64,000 nucleotides of DNA, from positions 25,048,001-25,112,000 of the forward strand of contig NC_086382.1 in the NCBI RefSeq assembly GCF_036588685.1, read 5' to 3'. The position numbers and the translations under genes are program-made. The stretch comes from Mytilus trossulus (taxonomy: Eukaryota). The stretch's first letter is position 1, and each line of letters starts with the position of its first letter. Below, piece by piece: positions 54,108 to 64,000 of the stretch. The notes beneath the pieces were generated by a model. The model was not told where the DNA came from and ran no database searches. It saw only the letters and a program-made list of their open reading frames with translations.

Positions 54108-54145
54108 ATTGAAATGTTGTTTTCAATTTTTCAAACTCTTTTTAG

Positions 54146-56816
54146 ATTCCAAGAAAAAAACAGAATGTCAGTTGATGTTGAAACAAACCAAAGATGGTCA
54201 GAAGAACTTGTCACGAACTGCTGAGTTGCTGACAATAACATTTATCTTATCCAACTCAACCCACCTCCCCCATTCCGTTGTTAAAGATACCATTTTATTT
54301 CAACCCCTGCAATGGAAGCGTATCTCGGGAACTCACGGAAAAGGACTTTTGCAATTGAAACCAGTCTACGAAATGCTTTCTTTGTCACTTTTGAGCTTTA
54401 AAACAGAAGAAACACGTATAGAATTACTGACCGAACCACTAGGCTGTGTAGGGAACCTGACAGAATTGGAATACGAATATATTTTTCGGGATTTTTTGCT
54501 GAACTTTTCAAAAGAAAACGATGAAATATGTAACGAACATGTCGGAAATATATCTGGATATGCAAGCTTTTATCATGAATGTTGTCATTATGATCACCAT
54601 GAAAGCATGAAGTGTGACCGAGTTTTAAAGAACAAATGGATGCAAGCTATACACTACTGCACTTACATTGTGATGATTATTGTAGTATTGTATTGTCCTC
54701 TTCTGGTCCCATCATCGCTGTATAAACGGAATTATGGTTCCAAAAAATTTGAACATTGTCTAGAAGATTCCATCGTTTTGATTGTCAAAACAGCAGACTC
54801 CACCACGTCTAGCTATTGGACGAAAATACGAGAAAGAATTTGTAAACAAAAGGATAATGGAACCACCATAGTTCCATACGCTAGATTTAAAGGTATGACA
54901 AACTTTAAAAAAATGCTTAAAGATTTGGATAAAGAAGACAAGTATGAGGTTACGGTGTCCAAAATATATTTCCGTGTTCGGGATGAAGAACTTTTGGCCG
55001 CAAATGAAGTTCCAAACAGTGTATTCAAAGTATTATATGATTTGTTATTTAAATGCAATATAAGAAAGCAGGATTTCGTTTCTACCTGTTGTAAAGCAAG
55101 TGTTTGTGGTACTCATTGGCCACATGGTATCACGTATCCATGGTACAAGTTATTGCGCTTTCTTCTCCACTTTATTTTATCAGTGGCTGTATGTTTACCT
55201 TGGATTATACGAGTTTATTTTTTCTACGCTTACGAAAATGAGATACGGGAATCAAGACTTCAAGCAGCAGAATCGAGAAGTTTGCTAGTGCGTATAGAAA
55301 ACAACTTAACCTATTATGGAACACCATTACATGTTATATTCATTATATGTTATGCTTTCATGTGCTTTGGTTATATTTTTCTTGAACTGACCAGTGTCGT
55401 ATTATTCAAAAATATCCAGTGTGTAGTACGCGATATTTTAACGAAATGTTTTGACGGTATGTGTGATCGGTCAAAGCAAGAAGTTTTTCAGAATTGTATC
55501 AAATTTTTATTGAAACCTTGCAAAGCATTTGGAATTTTTGGGATGTTACTTTCCATCCCATACTGGATATGTATGGTTCCTTTAGTATTTGCCTTGAATG
55601 CTTATTATTTTTTCCCGACAGTATACATAGCATTAAATTTTTTATGCTTATTCCCGCATGCTTTTCGAAGGTGTTTCTGTAGCTCATATATCCCCAAGAA
55701 AAAACAAGAAAATTCAGACGATGAAGCCGACGAAAAAAAATCTATTTGGTCCAATTTACCATTCAACACAACAAAAACATATTCAAACATGGACATTGGT
55801 TTGATGTTTATTTTACTCTGTTTAATGTTATCATCTCTTCTTTGACAGTTGAACTTATAATCTTCCTGATTAGGGTAGCAATCTATACAATGGTGGGAGT
55901 AATTCTCAATTCATCACACGCCATGCAATACATATCGACAATTTCATTAGCGTGGTTGTACTACCGCAGATGCTTTGGTGGAATCAGTCAGATTTATAAA
56001 GACTATAATAAAGCTGTTCACAAAATTCTATATAGAGTAAATAAACGAAAGCTGGTTGAAATAGCCAAAAAGGATACAAAGAATCAAGAGCACACAGCGT
56101 TCAAAGTTAGTGTTGATGGGTCAAGGAAAATATGTGTTGATAATGTGAAGGATAAGTTAAACACAAAAAAGAACAACTCTTGTAGCAAATGCTGCTATCA
56201 AGTTGATGACAGAGAGATTAAGAAAAAGATAATTGATACCTCAGATGGAGCTCCAAAAATAAAAACAAACGGTATCATTTTATTGTTAGACAGGTTTGAT
56301 AAACAATATATTACGAAGAAATTCTTCTTCAAAGTTTGCAAGATAAAACCGGAAGGACCAGGACCATTGAGTAAACACTTCGGAACAGCTCTAAGGCGAT
56401 TCGGAATGATTTTCATTTTTTTAGTATTTGTGACGCTAGTCGTCTTAGCGTTTGGAGATTCCTACAGTCTTACGTTTTCAAATCAGTTGTTAGCGACGCT
56501 AGCTGGAGGAGTAGTACCATGGATTCTAATGAAATTCAATATTTTATTTACTGCAGCTGACCACACAGATACAGATGAACTAGAGGAGAGATATTTCAGC
56601 GAACAAAAAACATTTGAACTTACTGATGACAGTGAAGTAAGTGTGAAGGGAGCATTCAAGAAGAAATTAAATGAAAAAATCAGAGAGGATGAAAAATGGT
56701 GGACCATTGCTGACATGGATATGAAATGTAAACCAACTAAATTATTGAAGGATGACAAATGTGATTTAGTTGTTGGTATTTTGAAAAACAATAATGACAA
56801 GTACACTGCGGTATGA
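54146..56816 (+). pseudogene. Paralogue C exon 2 (911 aa if intact); -1 frameshift at T-run 55841-55843
   Basis: ctctttttag acceptor gives DSKKKTEC. ORFs 54109..55845 and 55746..56816 are the two halves of the B homologue: CTT CTT TG ACA in C vs GTG CTG CTG ACA in B. May be a sequencing error. Confidence 0.8.
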
Positions 56817-58433
56817 ACTTGTTGAGGCTTAAAGCGTTTTGTCTACATTTGTTAATTACATATGTGATGTTGTTTACAAACATTTTCTAACTACACAATG
56901 TATGTACTTTACCTTATGACAATGCTATCATTTTTAATATGAAAATATGTCGATGTGATACGATTGCCAATGAGACAATCATATCTCGATGTCAAATGGT
57001 GGAAGTGTAAGCAAGACCAAAGACCAATATTATACACGTATGCACTTTATCTTATGGTATTTGAACACATGTTTGGTGTAGAGCTAATAGTTTCAACAAC
57101 ATCGAGTATTTCCTCTTTTCTAATGTGAATATTCCATTTCTATAGTACAAATTGTAGCATCACCAAAATAGGAAGTGTATATCTCCGTGTTATTATAATA
57201 TTCAAGAACTATTGTTTCTTATTTTTATCTTACCAGTTAAAAGGTAGCTTCTGTTTTGTATCTAGGAGGTTAAAAGGGGTCAATTGATGTCATCTCACCG
57301 AATACGTCATGAACGTTTTCCTAAATTGTTTCTGCATTATGATATATATTTTTATGCGTCATAGATGACAAACTAATATGTTTTAATTGAAGTTGCCACA
57401 ATCATTTGTTTATCATCGATTGTGAAATTATAATATGAGATGTCTCTAGCTTCGAATAGGCTAATTCCAGGAATAACACGATGAGTGTCATATCTGAGAT
57501 AAATATACTTTTTACGAGGTTTACGTTTTTTGTTCTCGTTGTAGTGTTTCGAGTATTAATTGTCTTTATTCTGTTTTTGCAATAATGCTGTCGGTATTTC
57601 TTCCACTCATGATTTCGATTGTCCATTTGGTATCTTTTGCCTCTTGACCTTTTGAAATATGTTAATGTACTTGTTTGTTATGAATATTGTAATGTATAAT
57701 TATGTTACATCTACTGATACTTTTTGTGAATGTTAAAATGCATTACGTATCAGTATACTTTTAAGTGTTTTAATATACTAAATGGTCTACTTTTACAAGT
57801 TGTGAGGGATAGTTGTATCATTGACATTCATACCACATATCCTATATATCTAAAAGACTCTTAAGCGTGAATCAATAATTTTTTCACTATATTGAAAAAC
57901 TTATTATACCTTCTCTAAACATTAGAAAATATTTTAAAAATATTTCTATTACATGTATGAATACTTAATCTCATGAAACTGTCCGTATGTTTTTTATTCA
58001 ATAAGTCTTATATTTGGGTTGGAAAAGGTAGGACAAATGCAAAACACAAAAGGGTATAGAAACATGAGTACATGAAACCCGATTCGCGATAAAAACGAAA
58101 GTTCTGAAATATTATGGGTACTCACACGAATCAATGGATGGAAAACGGCTGAAGGTGTAGTTTATTTGCCAAATGAGGGTATGAATAAAAAAAAGGACGA
58201 AATAACGTTTACACTTTTTGAAGATTTTCAAACCTATATGCATTAGGCTATGCAATTGTTCTCACTGATTATTACAATGGGCGATGCATTGACCTGCCAT
58301 ATGCATTTTCTTCATATTTAACGATGTTTAATTTACTTTTGGTGTATCTTACCGTTGGGTTGATGTCAAATTGACATATATCCCGAATACCAATTTCATC
58401 ATACCTCACATTGCGAATACAGTATATTCTTTA

Positions 58434-60028
58434 TGCCCGCGTCACACTGTCCCGATTTTTATATACGATGAACACCCGAATGCGAAAATTGTAAGTTCGT
58501 ACGAAGTTGGTCCCGATCTCGTTAAAATACCAAAAAGTGACCGAGGCAATTACGATGAATAACGAAGTCTATATGATGGTGCCGAAATTATATACAATAG
58601 CAAAAGATGGACATACGACGGTTAACCGAAGACGTGTATTTAAGCTTCATATTTCAGCCGAAGCCTTCATGATGATCACGAAGGCTACACGATGGATTAC
58701 GACTGCTACACGATTGATTACCATGATGGCGCGATGGCCATACGATGTCTAAAAGACGTCGTGTACAGCTTACGGTGAATCTAAATTTTTGACACTCTAA
58801 AACCAATATGTTTCAAAAGATTTTAACCACATTTGGTATATTGTTCCTACTTTTAATGATCTGAAATGTTTTACGTTCAAGGGAAAAGGTTAAGGTTATG
58901 CAGATGAACTTGTTTTTTTCTCCTTGAAATAGCATAATACACAGGAAATTGGTTGCTCATATTTTTGCCTGCTGGTTCTAAAGACAATATTAAAATGTGT
59001 GCACTAGTCTAAATAATCACCCATAATTATGCCCATGTTTACTGATCTATCTTAAAGGTAAGGTAATGGGTTCGTTGATCCCTTTTATTCAAAAAGACAA
59101 AAGGAAGGATGTGGGGAAAGCAACAAATGCGGCAAAATATGACATATAAAAACAAAATGGTTATAGAGTAAACATTCGTGTGACAACAACTCAGACGATA
59201 CATAAAAAATCAGAATAATGAAGAATAAGTTGGTTTCCATATATTGGTGTACCTGCAGTGTTGGTGTACGATGCGCTTTTATGATTTTCATTATGTTACT
59301 TGATATAAAAAATTGACAAAATTTTTTATTTTACTTGTACAAGTAAATCCTGAGCTTTTAATAGCTGCTCTTTTTGTTCCATTTGAATTAATAGAAACAA
59401 CGCTGTCGCCTTCTTGTTCTCATAGAATCGTATGATATGAGCTCCATGTTTTGTGAACGTCTTTCTTAACTGTTGTCTTAGACTGACCAGTGCATATCGC
59501 GCATGGCACTTTAAATGTATTTTAGGGCGAAAATTAACTCACATTTAGCTGGATTTATTACCGTCGTAGTTCCATCTTGTGGCCTTCGTAATTTTATTCG
59601 ATGGCAATATGACGGAATTACGAGGTCTTCACGAAGTCATGTTTCCATCGTAAGACCTTCGGGTAGCTTCGTGATTCATTCGTGTAGACATCGTAATGTC
59701 AAAAATGCCTGATGGAAACGATGGAAAGACGAATGCAGTACGATGTTCAAAGATGCATTCCCGGTGACATTACGATGGTGTGGATGTTGTTACGAACTCA
59801 ATACGAATCCGCAACATCGGACGCACCTTCGGGGATTTTTTAATATGTTAAAAATTTAGAATCCTTCCCGAAGTTGTCCCCGAAGGCTAGAAAAAGTGGG
59901 CGATGGTTCTACGATGGTTAAAAATTGCACTACGAATAGCCCCATCTGGATACAATCAGTCCCGATTTTGAAAATTTTCATAATCGTGTTGCCATCGGTG
60001 TAAAAATCGGGACAGTGTGACGCGGGCA
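58434..60028. mobile_element. Non-autonomous PIF/Harbinger-like element, 1.6 kb
   Basis: Perfect 28-bp TIR TGCCCGCGTCACACTGTCCCGATTTTTA; flanks TTA / ATA; ACGAT-rich subtermini. Confidence 0.8.
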
Positions 60029-60311
60029 ATACAAATAACTGTATGAACACTAATGACCAGTATATTGTCTGGTTTTTATTTTCATATTTTGATTTCACGC
60101 GGTGCATGTCATCTGTCAGTGTCAAAATCAATACAGGCACAGCAAAACGCCCATAGATATACAATATTAGCTCAATGTCAAAAAAAATTTAAACTTTTTT
60201 GTATAAGGATTAGAAACTCGGAAAGGGTGAGTCCTTTCTCAGTGTTTTTCTCAAAATATTTCTGTGACATTAACCTAATATCGTTTTTATACTGCAACAT
60301 GAACTAATATA

Positions 60312-61536
60312 CACATGGAACAACGTATTGCAACATCTTGATTTTTTAAAACTTAAAAAATCAGTCTCTTTTTTTGGATGGAATATGATAAAATATCTTT
60401 AAAATAATATTGAAACGTAGTTAATGATAACATTGGCATTAAAACGAACAAAAAATGTATGATAAAAAAAAGTTTTATTTGACCAAAATTTTTAACAAAA
60501 TGAAGTGTTTTTTGTACACAAAAAATGCATTTTACAACTTTTACTATAGTCGAATTTTACAATGTCAGACATTTCAAAATTAATCTTTAGATGAGTTTTC
60601 ACATCATGGTTGATCGTTATACGGCAAAGAATTAGTACTTTGTGCGCAGCTTCAATTCAAACAGATAACTGCATCTTAACGTCTTCTGATTTCTGCCATA
60701 AGGCGAATAATTTGTTGCTAAGGAAGCAGCAACCATTGTTGACGAAGGGTATTGTTTATTTCATGACGTTTGAAGTGCGGTGTCCTTTCGTTTACCTAAC
60801 GCCCAATAGTGTTCCATATATGCTCGATATAGTTCAAATTCGTGCTACGATTGGGCCAAGGAAGATAAACCGAATTCCGTTGGAACAACGGATCTTCCTC
60901 CACGACGCTAGTTTCCAACTTTGGCGAGCTCTGCACTATATTGGATACGGGCATCAGTGTGTCTGTGCGTAGGCTAAGGTCCCAAAAGTGGTATTAGCGC
61001 ACGATAACCAGTAGCGATGAGCCGATCTAGAAAAGTTCTTGTTTAAAGGCTCCTGTATGGTCATCACTCTCTGTTCAAGATTGTATTGTTTTAAATGGGT
61101 TTCCTTCTGACCAACCTTCGTTATGCTTGATTATAGTGGGTCTTCTCAAAACAACTTATAGTGGAATGTAGATGACCAACAATACGTGCAATTGTCACAG
61201 CGACATACCTGCTTCCCTCATGCTGATTATCTGCCATCTTGCTGCAGTTATGAGTTGTGGATGACCAATTACAAGGTGTCGATCACATAAATGTATAAAC
61301 TTGATTATTTTAAGTGTTGAAAACAATGAGGATAAAAACATGTGGTATAGTGTTTACGAGTACAGTAGCTGCATGTGCAGATAAGAACTGATAGATTCGA
61401 TATTTATTGATTAAACTGAGGTGATTTTTAAATAATGTTTAACTTGTTCTATTTCAACAAAATATTAAACAAAAAAAATAAAAGTGTTTTTTTAATTTGA
61501 ATTTCAATTTGGTGTTGCAATACTTTTTTCCATGTG
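60312..61536 (-). mobile_element. Decayed Tc1/mariner transposon
   Basis: TIR CACATGGAAxAAxGTATTGCAACA and TA TSD; minus-strand relics MREAGMS..IARIVGH (HTH) and CRARQSWKLASWRKI. Confidence 0.8.
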
Positions 61537-61632
61537 TATACATTGATAGGTACTTAATTGTTTCACAGAATTTGGAATCCTCAATTATCTTCAACTTTGT
61601 ACTTGTTTGGCTTTATAAATATTTAGATATGA

Positions 61633-61684
61633 GCGCTACTGATGAGTCTTATGTAGACATGTAGACGAAATGCGCGTCTGACGT
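61633..61684 (+). ncRNA. Minimal type I hammerhead ribozyme motif in a Penelope/retrozyme-type repeat (~61565..61720)
   Basis: CTGATGA 61639-61645; stem II GTC...GAC with an 8-bp duplication in the loop; GAAA 61667-61670; palindromic GCGC loop III; GTC cleavage triplet 61676-61678. Confidence 0.72.
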
Positions 61685-62361
61685 ACTAAATTATAATCCT
61701 GGTACATTTGATAGCTATCATGATGAAATTGACAATGCACACATATAGCTATGTCACTATGTTAAGGAAATTAACACAACTAGTGTCAGTCTGAATAGCA
61801 ATGAACAGTGCTTTTATTTTTGTTATTCATCTACATTTTTATCTTACTAAACATCCATAATAGTATTGAATGCTGTCTGTTGACGAATTTGTGTATCTCT
61901 TTTGACCCACAATATACAATAATTTTATAAAATTTGAACAAACTTTCGGCATCATAGAATACTTATAATTATTTGAATCATTCAGACTTTTCAATCTAGG
62001 ATTGTCAATTAAAATATAAAGTTCGAATGAATAAACAGCGACGAAAGATACCAAAGAGGCATTTAACCTCATATGTCACAAATAAACTCGACAACGCATT
62101 GGAAAACACCCAAAAAGATACAGAACAGTTTACAGAACACAACATATACAACAAAGACTGGGCAACATGAGCCCCGGAAAAATACGGGATTCATCGAGAG
62201 ATCCTGATTTGTAAACAAGTCATGAAATTTTAACATGAAATATCTTTAAACAAAATCAGATTACACAAATTAAATTGAGTTATTTAAAATCATGTATTCC
62301 AATTCAACAAAATATTAAATATGGTTAATCGAATTCTGGAAAATCAACCTTCATTTTTATA

Positions 62362-64000
62362 TCATTCGATTGCAAACAAAAAGGCTTCATTGAATCGATT
62401 TGCAACCAACAATTTATTGGTAGATTTGTCATAATGTAGAGCCCATAGCAATCTCAGTCCATCTTCACTTGATAAGAGTTGTCTGTAGTGTTGTCCATCA
62501 GGAGAAATAACGACCACATTGTTAGAATCAAATCCTGCTACATACACGTTACCATCATTGTCTACAGATATACTTAATGGAGACATCAGAACATTTCTAT
62601 CACAGAACGTCCACAGTGTGTTACCATGGTAATCACAACAGGTTACACTGTGATTTCTATAATGTGTGTAGTACAGTTTGTCACCTAATGCTGCAACGTA
62701 CGCAAAATCTGGAAGTTGGGTTTTGCTAACATTGGTAATTGTTTCATCATTCAGACTGATCATCTGTATTCCTTTTTCTTGGGCACAATAAATCAAATGT
62801 CCATCTTTGTATACTAGTCCAGAATTATATGAATTCACTGTTATTGATTTCTTCAGTTTGTGCTTCTTTAAGTCGATTATATTAATCTGATTTGAACAGC
62901 CAGAAGTTACAGCAATAGAATCATCACCACTAAATACCACATTAAAAGTGGGACCGATTTTCTTTATTTGAAAATCTTTCGATCCGTCAGACTTGAGCAC
63001 TTTTATCTTTTGTTGGCTAGAACTCGAGAATACCATCTTATCGCCAGGAAGCAGTGAACAACTATGAACATTTGACAACCCTGTATTGATACGTTTCTGT
63101 AATTTCAGAGTTAGGTTATCAATATTTCTGGTTGGAAAAGCTATCATAATCTGAGCTTGTCTATCCTTCCTTTTCTGAATGGAAAAATCACATGGATCAG
63201 AACTGACATTAATTTCCCCAAACTTCTGTACGATGGCAGATATTTGCTGCAAAGACTTGTTAATCTGGAATGAAATATTGACTTGATTTGTGGATCCACT
63301 TGTGGTAATCAATTGAATAAATTTTTCTTCGGTTGAAATATCTTTTTCGATATTTTTCATGGTTAAAAACGTTTGAAGGTCAGGCGCATGCTTTTTAATA
63401 CTAGCAATGTTTTCTTGTACCTCAATGATATCTGATTCCTTCTTTTTCAGAGTAGTCAATAATTTTTCTATTTTTCTATTTTCTTGTTGTTCAACTCTCA
63501 CTAGTTCGTTAATCAAGTCATCTTGGAGTTTATCAAGGTGATGATTTATATGTACCCTGCTTTGTTTTATTTCGGCTTCAATTTCTCTCTTCTTATTTTC
63601 TAGCAATGTTAAATTTTCTCTCCTGTTAGTGTGGAGTTGTTTAATATTCTGGACGACTTCCAGCAGGGTCTGTTCGAATTCGTAAAAAGCGTTTGAAGTT
63701 TTGATGTTCTTTACGAGTACATTTATGTCCGTTAAACTTTTACAGTCGGTGTGAGAATTCTCACATTTCTGACAGCATGGACAATCGTGGTCTCTACAGA
63801 AAAGTTTGAATTTCTCATTATGAAGTTTGCAGGTCTGGGCGATGTGTATGACTTCGGTCGGTAATGTTTTGTATTCGGCGATAAAAACGGTTTCATGGCT
63901 TTTTGACGCCTTGGAATCAGAGTTATGATTTTCGCGCTCTTTATCAAGTCCTTCATCACATTCCGAACACCATACTACTGAATGTTCATTAATCTGAAGA
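62362..64000 (-). CDS. TRIM-like B-box / coiled-coil / NHL-like beta-propeller protein; start lies beyond the window
   Basis: The frame is open from 63999 to the stop. WCSECDEGL (B-box1), CKLH..FCRDHDCPCCQKC..H..C (B-box2), coiled coil, and propeller motifs PLSISVDNDGNVYV and VVVISPDG. Confidence 0.88.
   Translation of the reverse strand, partial: LQINEHSVVWCSECDEGLDKERENHNSDSKASKSHETVFIAEYKTLPTEVIHIAQTCKLHNEKFKLFCRDHDCPCCQKCENSHTDCKSLTDINVLVKNIKTSNAFYEFEQTLLEVVQNIKQLHTNRRENLTLLENKKREIEAEIKQSRVHINHHLDKLQDDLINELVRVEQQENRKIEKLLTTLKKKESDIIEVQENIASIKKHAPDLQTFLTMKNIEKDISTEEKFIQLITTSGSTNQVNISFQINKSLQQISAIVQKFGEINVSSDPCDFSIQKRKDRQAQIMIAFPTRNIDNLTLKLQKRINTGLSNVHSCSLLPGDKMVFSSSSQQKIKVLKSDGSKDFQIKKIGPTFNVVFSGDDSIAVTSGCSNQINIIDLKKHKLKKSITVNSYNSGLVYKDGHLIYCAQEKGIQMISLNDETITNVSKTQLPDFAYVAALGDKLYYTHYRNHSVTCCDYHGNTLWTFCDRNVLMSPLSISVDNDGNVYVAGFDSNNVVVISPDGQHYRQLLSSEDGLRLLWALHYDKSTNKLLVANRFNEAFLFAIE

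Noticed and set aside
54109-54145. ORF-track start MKCCFQFF for paralogue C
   Set aside because: TTG start inside the intron; the true N-terminus comes from exon 48961..49024 via the acceptor at 54146
58371-60972. Several 60-120 aa ORFs
   Set aside because: They lie within or across non-autonomous Harbinger-like and Tc1 relics, with no coding signature

Overview
AT-rich, repeat-dense eukaryotic DNA with spliceosomal introns. The repeat families, Penelope/hammerhead elements and B-box/beta-propeller gene suggest a bivalve, probably a Mytilus-like mussel (inference). Reading splice sites by hand gives six genes or gene copies that the ORF track only shows in pieces. (i) Three paralogues (A <1..1232, B 10983..24178, C 48961..56816, all +) of an uncharacterised ~900-1030 aa multi-pass membrane protein. 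B and C have a signal-peptide exon plus one large exon. Each copy shows exactly one visible lesion: a +1 T-run in A, an in-frame TGA in B, a -1 T-run in C. (ii) A 138-aa single-domain galectin (-, 3 coding exons) with a non-canonical sugar site. (iii) An intact 5-exon gene (-, 38127..43318) for a 289-aa secreted glycoprotein made of two tandem repeats resembling the bacterial VirK family, with TATA/GATA/E-box/NR5A/HNF4-type promoter motifs. This is the most striking item in the window. (iv) A B-box/coiled-coil/beta-propeller TRIM-like ORF running off the right edge. The rest is a ~4.5-kb near-identical duplication (offset ~22.95 kb) and many transposon relics: AcademX-like, Tc1, Harbinger, Kolobok-like and other MITEs, an RTE LINE, Penelope, Helentron-like elements, hammerhead-ribozyme repeats and two unrelated 'big hairpin + short inverted repeat' elements. 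All family assignments are by-eye motif recognition, not database searches.
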